Of a stretch of 55,290 bases of DNA, positions 20,780-31,070 are shown piece after piece. The notes under the pieces are model-generated. The model worked only from the letters and a program-made list of their open reading frames with translations, was not told the origin of the DNA and made no database searches. How positions within the stretch are numbered: the stretch's first letter is position 1; the number at the start of each line of letters is the position of its first letter. This DNA is from Bacillota bacterium (GTDB lineage Bacteria; Bacillota; Sulfobacillia; Fermentithermobacillales; Fermentithermobacillaceae): positions 1 to 55,290 of the forward strand of contig JBBDIP010000001.1 of the NCBI GenBank assembly GCA_040880305.1, in the 5' to 3' direction. Position numbers and translations under genes: made by a program.

Positions 20780-21835
20780 ATGTCCAAGGAGAAGAGAGTG
20801 CTTCTGTGGGGCCTCGGCGCAATGGGCGGCGGAATGGCGCAAATGCTGCTCTCCAAGGAAGACGTCAAGATAGTCTCCGCCCTGGCGCACACCCCATCCA
20901 AGGCGGGCAAGGATTTGGGAGAGGTTCTAGGCGGCAAACAGGTGGGAATCAAGGTTACCAACGATGTGGAAGAAGCATTTGCGGCCAAGCCGGACATTGC
21001 GCTCATCAACACCGCCTCGTTCGTGAAAGATGTTTTTCCACAGATCAAGCTGGCCCTCGATAACGGTTGTGACGTGATTACCATAGCCGAAGAGATGGCC
21101 TACCCGTGGGCCTCGGAACCCGAGCTGTCGGAGGAGTTGGACAAAGCGGCCAAGAAGGCCGGCAAGACAGTGCTCGGCACTGGCATCAACCCCGGTTTCA
21201 TACTGGACACGCTTGTGATCGCCCTGTCCGGCATCTGCCGTGACGTCACGCATGTCCACGCCAAGAGAGTCAACAATCTGGCCCCATTTGGGCCGACCGT
21301 GATGAGGACCCAGGGCGTGGGGACTACCCCCGAAGAGTTTCGGAAGGGACTCGAAACGGGAGCCGTGGTTGGGCATGTTGGTTTTCAACAGTCCTCCCAC
21401 ATGATCGGCGAAGCCCTCGGCTGGAAGATCGAGCGCGTGGTCGAGGAGCGTGAGCCCATCATGACCACCGTTGAGCGAAAGACCCAGTACGCGCACGTGA
21501 TGCCCGGCAACGTTGCAGGGTGCAGGCACACTGCCAGAGCCTACGCGGGTGGCCGGGAAGTCATTTTCTTGGAGCATCCGCAGCAGATCTGCCCCGAATC
21601 TGAAGGAGTCGACACCGGCGACTACATAACCATCGACGCAGACCCCCCGGTCAACCTCTCGATCAAGCCTGAGATACCGGGCGGCGTCGGCACAATAGCC
21701 GTGGCGGTCAACATGATCCCTCTCGTCCTCACGGCCAGGCCAGGCCTCCTAACGATGGCCGACCTCCCCGTCCCCAGGGCGGTCCTCTCCTCGTTTGTGA
21801 AGGCGACCGAGTTCTCTAGGGGAAGGTGTCTCTAG
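20780..21835 (+). CDS. ord: 2,4-diaminopentanoate dehydrogenase
   Basis: 351 aa, N-terminal Rossmann GLGAMGGG, DapB-like amine dehydrogenase fold. First gene of an ord-ortAB-oraSE-orr cluster with the same content as the C. sticklandii ornithine cluster. Confidence 0.88.
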   Translation: MSKEKRVLLWGLGAMGGGMAQMLLSKEDVKIVSALAHTPSKAGKDLGEVLGGKQVGIKVTNDVEEAFAAKPDIALINTASFVKDVFPQIKLALDNGCDVITIAEEMAYPWASEPELSEELDKAAKKAGKTVLGTGINPGFILDTLVIALSGICRDVTHVHAKRVNNLAPFGPTVMRTQGVGTTPEEFRKGLETGAVVGHVGFQQSSHMIGEALGWKIERVVEEREPIMTTVERKTQYAHVMPGNVAGCRHTARAYAGGREVIFLEHPQQICPESEGVDTGDYITIDADPPVNLSIKPEIPGGVGTIAVAVNMIPLVLTARPGLLTMADLPVPRAVLSSFVKATEFSRGRCL

Positions 21836-22146
21836 TGACCGTACGCTGCCAAAAGGGAGACTGGATAGAGATACATCAGGTGATATTGCAGCCATCCGAG
21901 CGCTCCGAAGACATCCCCGACGACACGCGTCAGGTGCCGCTGGAGGCATGGATCAAGGGTTGGGCCCAGAGCGCCGCCACCGAAGGCGAGGTCGTAGAGA
22001 TTGAGACTCGGGCGCATCGCAAGGTCGAGGGGACGTTCACCCAGATGGACCCCGGCTACAGCCACACCTACGGGCCGGCGGTGCCCGAACTCGCCCCTAT
22101 CTCCGGGGAACTCCGGGCGATGTTGAGGGGGGGGAAAAGCGCGTGA
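21826..22146 (+). CDS. ortA: 2-amino-4-ketopentanoate thiolase, alpha subunit
   Basis: About 100-aa protein ([36 protein letters not shown]) preceding the PLP subunit. GTG 21835 is an alternative start. Confidence 0.85.
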   Translation: MSLVTVRCQKGDWIEIHQVILQPSERSEDIPDDTRQVPLEAWIKGWAQSAATEGEVVEIETRAHRKVEGTFTQMDPGYSHTYGPAVPELAPISGELRAMLRGGKSA

Positions 22147-23564
22147 CTAGGGATATGTCCTACAGCGCAGTGATGGCGCGCCGCAGCGAGATCATGAAGA
22201 AGGCTTTGGGGGTCGAGTACGGCGAGTTCTTGCGAGGTCCGGTCGCCTTCGACTACGAAGCCATGATGGAGAAGGCCGCCTATCCATTTGACGAGGTACG
22301 GAGGATACAGCGGGAGGTCGGGGTTGGGGACACGCCGCTCTTGGAGCTCAAGAACGTAACGGAGCTGATAAGGACGACCTCGAAGCCCGGTTACGGGGCT
22401 CGCATCCTGGTGAAGGACGAGGCTGCCAACCCCTCCGGCAGTTTCAAGGACAGGCGCTCCGCCATATCCACCTACCAGGCCAAGAAAGCCGGTTACCCCG
22501 GAGTGCTGGCGGCCACCAGCGGCAACTACGGAGCAGCCGTGGCGTCCCAGGCCGCCATGCGCAACCTGGGGTGCATCATCGTTCAGGAAGTTTTCGACTC
22601 CCGGCACGTCGGCCAGCCCGAGATCATCGAGAAGTCAAGGAAGTGCGAGGCCTACGGCGCAGAGGTCATCCAGCTGACGGTCGGCCCCGAGCTCTTCTAC
22701 GTGGCATTAAAGCTCTTGGAAGAGACAGGCTACTTCAACGCGTCGCTCTACAGCTCGTTCGGCATCGCAGGCATAGAGACCCTGGGCTGGGAAGTCGCGA
22801 GGGATGTTCGGGAGCGTTACGGAAAGGATCCGGCCTACGTCGTGGTTACCCACGCGGGCGGGGGGAACGTGACCGGCACCGCCAGGGGCCTGCGCCGGGC
22901 CGGAGCCGCCCAAACCAAGGTCATAGGCGCCAGCGTAGACCTTTCGGGACTGCACATGGCGTCCGACCACGACTTCAACAGGAAGTCTTTCACCACGGGA
23001 CATACAGGTTTCGGCGTGCCCTTCGCCACTTGGCCTGACAGGACCGACGTCCCCAAGAACGCGGCGAGACCGCTGCGCTACCTGGACAGGTACGTCACGG
23101 TCACCCAGGGTGAAGTGTTCTACGTCACCGAGGTTCTGGCGAGTGTGGAAGGCATGGAGCGAGGACCGGCGGGCAACACGTCGCTGGCGGCCGCCATACC
23201 CCTGGCCAGGGAACTCCCACAGGACGAAACAGTGGTGGTCCAGGAAACCGAGTACACCGGAGCCGGAAAGCACCCCCAGGCCCAGCTGGACTTCGCGCGC
23301 CGAAACGGCGTTGCGGTCAGACGCGGAGACCCGGCGCTTAACGTCCCCGGCAAGGCCATCGTCATCCCCGAGAACTTCGGCCAGCTGAGCGCAACTGAGA
23401 TGGACCTTGGGAGGCTTCGCAGGTCGTACATCCGCAACGCGGTGGAGCGGAACGCCTTAACCGAAGTCTCGCTCGAGGAAGTCCGGTTCCTATCCGAGGA
23501 TTCCCGGCAGAGTACCGAATCCGTAACCAAGATACTTGAAGAACTTGGCGTAAAGGTGAGGTGA
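22143..23564 (+). CDS. ortB: 2-amino-4-ketopentanoate thiolase, beta (PLP) subunit
   Basis: 473 aa, fold-type II PLP enzyme with lysine motif PSGSFKDRR. Overlaps the ortA stop. Confidence 0.87.
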   Translation: MTRDMSYSAVMARRSEIMKKALGVEYGEFLRGPVAFDYEAMMEKAAYPFDEVRRIQREVGVGDTPLLELKNVTELIRTTSKPGYGARILVKDEAANPSGSFKDRRSAISTYQAKKAGYPGVLAATSGNYGAAVASQAAMRNLGCIIVQEVFDSRHVGQPEIIEKSRKCEAYGAEVIQLTVGPELFYVALKLLEETGYFNASLYSSFGIAGIETLGWEVARDVRERYGKDPAYVVVTHAGGGNVTGTARGLRRAGAAQTKVIGASVDLSGLHMASDHDFNRKSFTTGHTGFGVPFATWPDRTDVPKNAARPLRYLDRYVTVTQGEVFYVTEVLASVEGMERGPAGNTSLAAAIPLARELPQDETVVVQETEYTGAGKHPQAQLDFARRNGVAVRRGDPALNVPGKAIVIPENFGQLSATEMDLGRLRRSYIRNAVERNALTEVSLEEVRFLSEDSRQSTESVTKILEELGVKVR

Positions 23565-23570
23565 GCGGGA

Positions 23571-23942
23571 ATGCAGAGAACATCGGATTTTGAGGAGAGG
23601 CGGGAGCGGGTGAAGTTGCTCTCGGATGAGGAACTCAAGGCCCGGTTCTGGGAACTCTCAAACCAAATCGTGAAACCGCTTTATGACCTGGCCTACACCC
23701 ATACGTCCCCGTCAATCGAGAGGTCCGTGCTCCTTCGCATGGGGTTCTCCAGTCTTGAAGCCGCCGCCATAGCGGGCGCGGCCGAGAAGCGGCGCCTCTT
23801 AGGGAAGGGTGTGGGCAACTTGGTCCTTAGGTACGCTCAGATCTCCGGTAGGGGCAAGCAGTACCTGGAAGCAGGGCGGGCGCTGGCAAAAGGACAGGGC
23901 TGGGACGACCTCGCATCTGCGTTTGGAGGCGAGAAGGCATGA
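23571..23942 (+). CDS. oraS: D-ornithine 4,5-aminomutase, S subunit
   Basis: LSDEELKARFWEL..., TSPSIERSVLLRMGFSSLEA is closely OraS-like. Confidence 0.92.
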   Translation: MQRTSDFEERRERVKLLSDEELKARFWELSNQIVKPLYDLAYTHTSPSIERSVLLRMGFSSLEAAAIAGAAEKRRLLGKGVGNLVLRYAQISGRGKQYLEAGRALAKGQGWDDLASAFGGEKA

Positions 23943-26158
23943 GTCGCCTGGATCCCAACAAGAAGATAGACGTAGGCGAGATACTGAAGGACCTGGGGAA
24001 CTACCACCCGAGGCGGACAGGCTGGACCTGGCGAAAGAGCGTCCCTCATCAAAAGGTAGGTCCCTTTCAATACGAAGACACCTCGGCGCCATTGGACCAT
24101 TCGGTCCCTCTTCCATCGGCCAAGTACTTCGGGGGGATAGACCCCCAGCCCGACTACGTCATCACCACCGAGATCGCCTCGGGACGCTTCGAGGACGACA
24201 TAAGGCGCATGAGGATGGCTGCCTGGCACGGGGCCGACCACATGATGGTCATAAGGACCACGGGCCAGAGCCACATCGACGGCCTTTTGGAGGGGACGCC
24301 CGAGGGAGTGGGGGGCATCCCCATCACCCGCAAGCAGCTCCGCGCCACCAGGAAGGCGCTGGACCTTATCGAAGACGAGGTCGGTCGCCCCATCAACTTC
24401 CATTCTTACGTCTCAGGGGTCGCGGGACCTGAGATCGCCGTCTTGTTCGCCGAAGAAGGCGTCAACGGCGCCCATCAGGACCCCCAGTACAACGTGCTTT
24501 ACCGCAACGTCAACATGGAGAGGTCATTTGTGGACGCCGCCGTGGCCAAGAAGGTCATGGCCCATGCCGGGATACTGCAGATAGACGGAGCCCACAACGC
24601 CAACGCCACCGCCCGCGAGGCCTGGAAGGTCATGCCTGAGCTCTTGGTCCAGCACGCCTTGAACTCGGCGTACTCCAGGATGATAGGCATGAGTCCTGAC
24701 AAGATCGCGCTTTCCAGCGTGCCGCCTACGGCCCCTCCGGCGCCGGCCATGTTCTACGATCTGCCATACGCCGTGGCGGTCAGGTGGCTGTTCTCCGACT
24801 ACAAGATTAGAGCCCAACAAAACACCAGGTACATAGAGTCCGACGCCCGTGAAGCAACCGTGACCCATACCATGAACCTGGTTTTGTCCTCCCTAACGTC
24901 TGCCGATGTCCAGAGCACCATCACGCCAGACGAGGGCCGCAACGTGCCTTGGCACTACAACAACCTGGCCGCGGTGGACACCGCCAAGCAGACCCTTTTG
25001 GGCATGGACGGCCTGAAGGAGATGGTCGCGGTCAAAAAGGACGGCCCGCTGCCGCAAGCCGTTCGTGACCTGGCCGAGCGCGCGGTGCTGTACCTGGAGG
25101 AAGTCAAAGAGATGGGGTACTTCCGCTCAGTGGCCGAGGGCATGTTCGTGGACTCGGGACTTTACCCCGAGAGGAACGGCGACGGCATCAAGAGGGACCC
25201 CGACGGCGGGGTGGCGGCGGGCAGCATCGTCCAAAGAGACAAGGACTACATGGCACCTGTCTGCCACCACTTTGGGTACAACAACCTGCCCAAGGGCATA
25301 TCCCGGCCCTGCCAGATGATTGACGGATGCACCTTGTGCGATAGCGGCAAGATCGTGTACATCGATGAGTTGGACCCCGAAGACAACGTGGAGCGCCGGT
25401 ACGCGGCCGTGGAAAAAGAGCTGGCATCCGGTGCGATCAAGCCCGAGGTCCAGTGGGCCAACGACGGCTACCTCACGCTCACCATGTTCATAGCTGAAAG
25501 CGAGCGGGTCGCCGAGTACGCGGCTATCGAGATGGTCAAGAAGCTGGGGCTGGAGGAGCCAGAGGTCATCCACAAAGGGATCGCCCACCCGGCCGAAGGC
25601 ACGCTAATTGAGGTGAAGGCGCGCCTGCCGTTCGCCATCCAAAGGGACTCCCTCAAGATCCCCGATAAGCCAACGGTGCTGTCCGCCGACCAGATCCGCG
25701 AGGATATCGGCAAGAACCCGCTGAAAGTGGTCTGCGCGACCGTTGGAGAGGACGAGCACTCGGTTGGGATGCGGGAGATCATCGACATCAAGCACGGCGG
25801 CATCGAAGGCTTTGGCGTCAAGGCCACGTACCTGGGGACCTCTGTGTCCATAGACAAGGTGGTCAACGCCGCTATCGAGGAGGACGCCGATGCGATCCTG
25901 ATATCGACCATCATTAGCCACGCCGGCGTCCACCGCAAGAACATGGAGCGTCTCGACCGTTTATGCAGGGAGAAGGGTGTTCGTGACTCGTTCATCCTCA
26001 TAGGGGGAGGCACTCAGGTCACCAACGACCTCGCGGTGGAATCCGGTTTGGACGCGGGCTTTGGCCGCGGGACCAAGGGCATTCAGGTGGCCTCGTTCCT
26101 GGTCAAGAAACGGTGGGAACTGTGGAGAGAAGGCAAGGGCAGGCTCCCGCTCCCATGA
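23939..26158 (+). CDS. oraE: D-ornithine 4,5-aminomutase, E subunit (B12/PLP)
   Basis: 739 aa with a C-terminal cobalamin-binding DxHxxG motif (GEDEHSVGMREI). ATGA overlap with oraS. Confidence 0.93.
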   Translation: MSRLDPNKKIDVGEILKDLGNYHPRRTGWTWRKSVPHQKVGPFQYEDTSAPLDHSVPLPSAKYFGGIDPQPDYVITTEIASGRFEDDIRRMRMAAWHGADHMMVIRTTGQSHIDGLLEGTPEGVGGIPITRKQLRATRKALDLIEDEVGRPINFHSYVSGVAGPEIAVLFAEEGVNGAHQDPQYNVLYRNVNMERSFVDAAVAKKVMAHAGILQIDGAHNANATAREAWKVMPELLVQHALNSAYSRMIGMSPDKIALSSVPPTAPPAPAMFYDLPYAVAVRWLFSDYKIRAQQNTRYIESDAREATVTHTMNLVLSSLTSADVQSTITPDEGRNVPWHYNNLAAVDTAKQTLLGMDGLKEMVAVKKDGPLPQAVRDLAERAVLYLEEVKEMGYFRSVAEGMFVDSGLYPERNGDGIKRDPDGGVAAGSIVQRDKDYMAPVCHHFGYNNLPKGISRPCQMIDGCTLCDSGKIVYIDELDPEDNVERRYAAVEKELASGAIKPEVQWANDGYLTLTMFIAESERVAEYAAIEMVKKLGLEEPEVIHKGIAHPAEGTLIEVKARLPFAIQRDSLKIPDKPTVLSADQIREDIGKNPLKVVCATVGEDEHSVGMREIIDIKHGGIEGFGVKATYLGTSVSIDKVVNAAIEEDADAILISTIISHAGVHRKNMERLDRLCREKGVRDSFILIGGGTQVTNDLAVESGLDAGFGRGTKGIQVASFLVKKRWELWREGKGRLPLP

Positions 26159-27519
26159 AGGTTGACGTCCTGGTTGCGGAAATAGGCAGCACTACCACCG
26201 TAGTAAACGCCTTTGGCCTGGGAGAGAGGCCGGCGTTCCTGGGTCAGGGGATGTCCCCGACCACGGTTGACCGGGGGGACGTGACCAGTGGTCTGTCCGC
26301 AGCTGTGGAGGACCTCACCGGCCAGCTCCGCCAAAGCCCTCTTTGGACCGGTCATGAACTTGAGTACGGCAGGATGATGGCGGCATCCAGCGCCGCAGGC
26401 GGGCTCTCCATGAGCGTGCACGGCCTGGTCTACGACATGACCGTTAGAGCAGCCAAGGAGGCAGCTCTGGGCGCCGGCGCCGTGGTCAGGATGGTTACCG
26501 CGGGAGACATGACCGCCCACGATCTGGAGCAGCTCTACAAGGTCCGGCCCAAGATAGTGATGCTGGCCGGCGGGGTGGACTACGGCGAGAAGGACACTGC
26601 CATAAGGAACGCCAGGTTGCTTGCGGCAAAGGGCCTTCGGGCGCCGGTAGTCTACGCCGGCAATGTCGCGGCCCGCTCTGAGATCGCTTGCATCTTCGCA
26701 GAGGCAGGGGTCAGACTCTATCTGGTGGATAACGTTTACCCCAAGGTCGACGAACTGGTCGTCGAGCCCGCTCGCCGCGTTATCCAGGACGTTTTCGAGG
26801 AACACATCACCGGCGCTCCCGGCATGGACAGAATAAGGGATATGGTCGACGGGCCCATCATGCCCACCCCGGGGGCGGTCATGAAATCGTGCCAGATGCT
26901 TTACCCGGTCCTGGGAGATCTGGTCGCGCTGGACGTAGGCGGCGCCACTACGGACGTTCACTCTGTCGCCAAGGGGAGTCCTGAGATCCAGTCCATACTG
27001 GAGAGCCCGGAGCCTCTGGCCAAACGGACGGTGGAAGGCGATCTCGGGATCCACGTCAATGCGCTTAACATTTACGAACAGGTAAAGGACAGAGCCGCGC
27101 AGGACCTGGGTTTCGACCCTCTGCCGGTACTGCGGGACCTTAGGGTCATTCCCAAGGACCCCAAAGAGGTGAAGATGGTTGTCTACTTCGCCCGGTACGC
27201 GACCGCCACCGCTTTCGGCAGGCACGCCGGCAGGATCAGGTATCTGTACGGGCCTTCTGGCAGGCAGATCATCGCCTGCGGCAAGGACCTGTCCAGCGTA
27301 AGGACGATAATCGGGACGGGTGGGCCGCTCACGAGGTTGCCTGGAGGCGCCGAGACGCTTGGGGAGCTGGTCGGGCAGGGCCCCGGCAGGGAGCTTTATC
27401 CCAAAGGCGCCAAAGTTCTCCTGGACGACAGCTATATCATGGCCTCGTGCGGCGTTCTTTCGAAAGAATATCCGGATGCGGCCAGGAAAATCCTCATGAG
27501 GAGCTTGGGAGTCACATGA
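26155..27519 (+). CDS. MutL/GlmL-family protein (putative aminomutase reactivase/chaperone)
   Basis: MKVDVLVAEIGSTTTVVNAF... and ALDVGGATTDVHSV are ASKHA-type phosphate motifs, as in glutamate mutase MutL. The ATG at 26155 overlaps the oraE stop (ATGA). Confidence 0.85.
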   Translation: MKVDVLVAEIGSTTTVVNAFGLGERPAFLGQGMSPTTVDRGDVTSGLSAAVEDLTGQLRQSPLWTGHELEYGRMMAASSAAGGLSMSVHGLVYDMTVRAAKEAALGAGAVVRMVTAGDMTAHDLEQLYKVRPKIVMLAGGVDYGEKDTAIRNARLLAAKGLRAPVVYAGNVAARSEIACIFAEAGVRLYLVDNVYPKVDELVVEPARRVIQDVFEEHITGAPGMDRIRDMVDGPIMPTPGAVMKSCQMLYPVLGDLVALDVGGATTDVHSVAKGSPEIQSILESPEPLAKRTVEGDLGIHVNALNIYEQVKDRAAQDLGFDPLPVLRDLRVIPKDPKEVKMVVYFARYATATAFGRHAGRIRYLYGPSGRQIIACGKDLSSVRTIIGTGGPLTRLPGGAETLGELVGQGPGRELYPKGAKVLLDDSYIMASCGVLSKEYPDAARKILMRSLGVT

Positions 27520-28586
27520 CGACGTATCCCGCACTCTACATAGATGTGAAGAAGATTCAGCACAACGCCCACGTTGTTGCCGGCTTGCTCGGAGGGCAGG
27601 GGATGCGCCTGGTTGGCGTGGCCAAAGGCGCCATGGGGCACCCTGCCGTCGCCAAGGCCATGGTTGACGGAGGCGCGTCGGCCATAGGCGACTCGCGGGT
27701 GGAGAACCTGCGCCGGTTGCGCAGCCTGGGCTACGAAGGGGAGACCGTCTTACTGCGCGCGCCTTCTCTCACAAGAGTCGCGGAGGCCGTGCAGGTGGCG
27801 GACGTGAGTTTGAACTCGGACCCCTTGACCGTGAAGGCGCTGGGTGACGCCGCCGCCCGGCTTGGGAAACGCCACCGCGTAATCCTCATGGTCGACTTGG
27901 GGGACCTCCGGGAAGGTGTGATGGTTGCAGACGCTCCAGATGTGGCCGAGGAGATGTCCCGCGTCGCAGGCATCGAACTATGTGGGATCGGCACCAACCT
28001 CGCCTGCTACGGGGGCGTGATACCCACCCGGGAAAAAATGGAGTCCCTGCTTGCCGTGAAGAAGGAGATCGAGACGGTCCTCAGGCGGCCGCTGGAGAGG
28101 GTCTCGGGCGGCAACTCCGCCAACATGAGGCTGCTGCTTGCAGGCGACACTCCCCACGGCATAACCGAGCTGCGGATAGGCGAGAGTATTCTCCTGGGCA
28201 CTGAGGCCATCGAGAGGAGAGCCGTGCCGGGCTGCTATCCGGATGCTTTCACGATTGCCGCGGAAGTGATTGAAGTGGTCCAGAAGCCTTCGGCGCCTTT
28301 CGGCGAGGTCGGCCAAAATGCCTTCGGGGTGGTGCCCACGTTTGTGGATAGGGGCCGGCGCAGGCGGGCTATCCTGGCCATAGGGCGGCAGGACGTGGAC
28401 CCGGATTCTCTTGTGCCAATCGAAGACGGGGTTACGGTGGTGGGCGCTTCGTCGGACCACCTGATCTGCGACGTAGAGGATGCTCGCTGGCCGGTTCGCG
28501 CTGGCGCCGTCCTCACGTTCATCCCCGGCTACAGTGCCCTATTGCGGGCGTCTACCTCTCCTTTTGTGGAAAAGGTGGTGCAGTAG
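27516..28586 (+). CDS. orr: Ornithine racemase (alanine-racemase-fold PLP enzyme)
   Basis: 356 aa. PLP lysine in context VGVAKGAMGHP. N-terminal TIM barrel plus C-terminal beta domain. Position after oraE/mutL. ATGA overlap. Confidence 0.85.
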   Translation: MTTYPALYIDVKKIQHNAHVVAGLLGGQGMRLVGVAKGAMGHPAVAKAMVDGGASAIGDSRVENLRRLRSLGYEGETVLLRAPSLTRVAEAVQVADVSLNSDPLTVKALGDAAARLGKRHRVILMVDLGDLREGVMVADAPDVAEEMSRVAGIELCGIGTNLACYGGVIPTREKMESLLAVKKEIETVLRRPLERVSGGNSANMRLLLAGDTPHGITELRIGESILLGTEAIERRAVPGCYPDAFTIAAEVIEVVQKPSAPFGEVGQNAFGVVPTFVDRGRRRRAILAIGRQDVDPDSLVPIEDGVTVVGASSDHLICDVEDARWPVRAGAVLTFIPGYSALLRASTSPFVEKVVQ

Positions 28587-28589
28587 GAG

Positions 28590-30005
28590 ATGGGATTGCC
28601 AGTAGTCATCGCCGGACTCTCGCCTCACCCGCCCATCGTGGTCCCGGAGGTCGGCAGGGGGGAGGAGACCAAGGCCTCCTCTACCGGCGACGCGCTTCGC
28701 AGACTGGGAGAGGTTTTCTCAAAGGCATCCGCCGAAACCCTGGTGCTCATAACCCCGCACGGGCCCGTGTTCTCGGACGCGGTATCCATACGCTCACAGA
28801 AAAGGCTCCGCGGAGACCTAGCGAGCTTTGGCGCCGGCCAGGTCAAAGTTGATTTCCCCAACGACGCGGGACTGGTGGAAGCGATACAGAGGGAAGCGGC
28901 GAAGGACCCCGCCGTGCCGCTGGCGCTCCTGGACGACCGCAAGATCGACCGCTACGGCGCGGACAAGGACCTGGACCACGGCGTCGTGGTGCCGCTGCAC
29001 TTCATAGCCAAGGGCGGTTTTTCCGGGAACCTGGTCGTGGTGAACATAGGGTTTTTGTCCCTCTTTGACCTATACCGGTTTGGAGCAGCCATTGAGAGGG
29101 CGGCGTTCCTCCTGGACAGAAAGATCGCGGTGCTGGCGTCGGGCGACCTTTCACACAGGTTAATGCCGGGAGCTCCGGCAGGGTACAACCCCCGGGGCAA
29201 GGACTTCGACGCCAAGGTCGTTGACCTCCTAAAGCGGTTCCAACCGGGCGAGGCGGTCCTATTCCCCGCCGATCTGGCAGAGGATGCTGGTGAATGCGGC
29301 CTAAGGCCCATTGTCATGATGCTTGGAACCTTGGACAATTATCAGGTCCGCAGCGAGGTGCTGTCTTACGAGGGCCCCTTTGGAGTGGGGTACGGCGTCG
29401 TGCTCCTGCGCCCGGGGCAGAGGGACCAGAGCGCGTCGCGCTTGGGGTCAATCAAAGACGGGCGGACGGGCAGGATGAGCTCAATCCGCAGCCACGAATC
29501 ATTCGCGGTCTCCCTCGCCAGGGCAACGGTGGAACGCTACGTCAGGAGCGGCCAAATAGAGCCCGCGCCGCATGAAGTACCCGATGAGTTTCGCAAGAGA
29601 GCGGGGGTTTTTGTCTCCATACACAAAGAGGGGATGCTTCGCGGCTGCATCGGCACGACGGAAGCCACCAAGAGCCGCGCTGCCGATGAGATTGTCGCCA
29701 ACGCCATCAGCGCGTCGACCCAGGATCCCAGGTTCGACACGGTCGAAAAGGACGAACTTAGCCTTCTGGACTACTCGGTGGACGTGCTTTCCGAGAGCGA
29801 GCTCGTGAAATCCGAAAGCGAGCTCGACCCTCGGACCTACGGAGTCATAGTGGAGAAGGGGGGAAGGAGGGGATTGCTCCTACCGGATTTGCCCGGAGTG
29901 GACACGACCGGAGAGCAGGTGCGGATAGCGAAAGAGAAGGCCGGGATCGGCCCGTCTGACAAAGGTGTTTCGCTGGCACGGTTCACGGTTACTCGGTATC
30001 ACTGA
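28590..30005 (+). CDS. Fusion protein: class-III extradiol dioxygenase-like (LigB/Memo fold) N-domain + AMMECR1 C-domain
   Basis: N-domain has LSPHPPIVVPEVG, LDHGVVVPLHF, SGDLSHRL. C-domain has the AMMECR1 signature AGVFVSIHKEGMLRGCIGT. 3-nt gap after orr. Confidence 0.85.
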   Translation: MGLPVVIAGLSPHPPIVVPEVGRGEETKASSTGDALRRLGEVFSKASAETLVLITPHGPVFSDAVSIRSQKRLRGDLASFGAGQVKVDFPNDAGLVEAIQREAAKDPAVPLALLDDRKIDRYGADKDLDHGVVVPLHFIAKGGFSGNLVVVNIGFLSLFDLYRFGAAIERAAFLLDRKIAVLASGDLSHRLMPGAPAGYNPRGKDFDAKVVDLLKRFQPGEAVLFPADLAEDAGECGLRPIVMMLGTLDNYQVRSEVLSYEGPFGVGYGVVLLRPGQRDQSASRLGSIKDGRTGRMSSIRSHESFAVSLARATVERYVRSGQIEPAPHEVPDEFRKRAGVFVSIHKEGMLRGCIGTTEATKSRAADEIVANAISASTQDPRFDTVEKDELSLLDYSVDVLSESELVKSESELDPRTYGVIVEKGGRRGLLLPDLPGVDTTGEQVRIAKEKAGIGPSDKGVSLARFTVTRYH

Positions 30006-30018
30006 AGAGGGGCTGGCT

Positions 30019-31038
30019 TTGGCTTTAACGGAAGCGCGTTATTGGGAAAGGCAGGGGGAGGACGCGGTGCGATGCCGCCTCTGTCCTCACGGCTGCCTCA
30101 TCTTGCCGGGCAAGGCAGGGATCTGCCAGGTACGGGAGAATAGGGGCGGGACTCTCTACTCGAGGAACTACGGCCAATTGTCGTCCCTTGCCCTGGACCC
30201 CGTCGAGAAGAAACCGCTGTTCCATGTGGACCCCGGCAGCTACCTCTTCTCGGTCGGCTCGTACGGCTGCAATTTCGGCTGTCAGTTCTGCCAGAACTGG
30301 CAGATATCCCAGGAGAAGCCCGATCTTTTTGAGGCCACGCCCGACAGAGTGATCGAGCTTGCATTGGAGCATCGCAAGGCGCACCCCGGCGTGACCGGTA
30401 TCGCCTACACCTACAACGAGCCTACCGTGTGGATGGAGTTCGTCTTGGACTGCGCCCGCAAATCAAAAGAGAGCGGCCTTCGAAACATCCTTATAACCAA
30501 CGGCTATGTCTCCGAAGAAGTCCTCCGCGAAGCGCTGCCGCTGGTGGACGCCCTCAACATCGATGTGAAGGGGTGGACCGAAGGGTTCTACAAGAAGGTT
30601 ATCCGCGGACGACTGGCCCCGGTGCTGCGCGCCGTTGAAGCGGCTCACGAGAAGTCCTGGGTCGAGGTCACGTACCTGGTCATCCCGGGCGACAACGACA
30701 GCGACGACGAAGTGCGGGGGCTCTCCAAGTGGCTCGCGGGGCTCTCTCCGGCCATACCGCTGCATCTGTCGAGGTACTTCCCAAATTACCGGTATGAAAG
30801 GCCGGCCACTCCGGTGAGCACGTTGGAACGCTTAAGGGATGTAGCGATGGAAGACCTGCACTACGTGTACATAGGTAACGCCTGGAAGGAAGGCTATGCC
30901 GACACCCTCTGCCCGGAGTGCAAGACGGCGCTCCTTGTAAGAGGGGGCCTTGAACTCGAGAAGTCGTACTTGCGCGACGGCGCCTGCCCGAAATGCGGGA
31001 GGCCGCTCGAGATGGTCGGCAAGGTCTGGACTGACTAG
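30019..31038 (+). CDS. AmmeMemoRadiSam-system radical SAM enzyme
   Basis: CNFGCQFCQNW (CxxxCxxC). N-terminal Cys cluster CRLCPHGC...GICQVR and C-terminal CPEC...CPKC. TTG 30019 follows GAAGAGGGG; ATG 29965 (ORF track) is the alternative and would overlap the upstream gene by 41 nt. Confidence 0.87.
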   Translation: MALTEARYWERQGEDAVRCRLCPHGCLILPGKAGICQVRENRGGTLYSRNYGQLSSLALDPVEKKPLFHVDPGSYLFSVGSYGCNFGCQFCQNWQISQEKPDLFEATPDRVIELALEHRKAHPGVTGIAYTYNEPTVWMEFVLDCARKSKESGLRNILITNGYVSEEVLREALPLVDALNIDVKGWTEGFYKKVIRGRLAPVLRAVEAAHEKSWVEVTYLVIPGDNDSDDEVRGLSKWLAGLSPAIPLHLSRYFPNYRYERPATPVSTLERLRDVAMEDLHYVYIGNAWKEGYADTLCPECKTALLVRGGLELEKSYLRDGACPKCGRPLEMVGKVWTD

Positions 31039-31070
31039 ATCGATTGGCAGGAAAAAGGAGGAAGCCCTTC

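Noticed and set aside
26083-27534. 483-aa ORF on the minus strand (also 31962-33017, 34883-36028, 14774-15562, 12777-13493, 47647-48357, 18074-18754 and others).
   Set aside because: These are all antisense to genes with clear homology on the + strand. The translations are Arg/Gly/Pro/His-rich with no recognisable motifs and no RBS. They are typical long shadow ORFs of GC-rich DNA.
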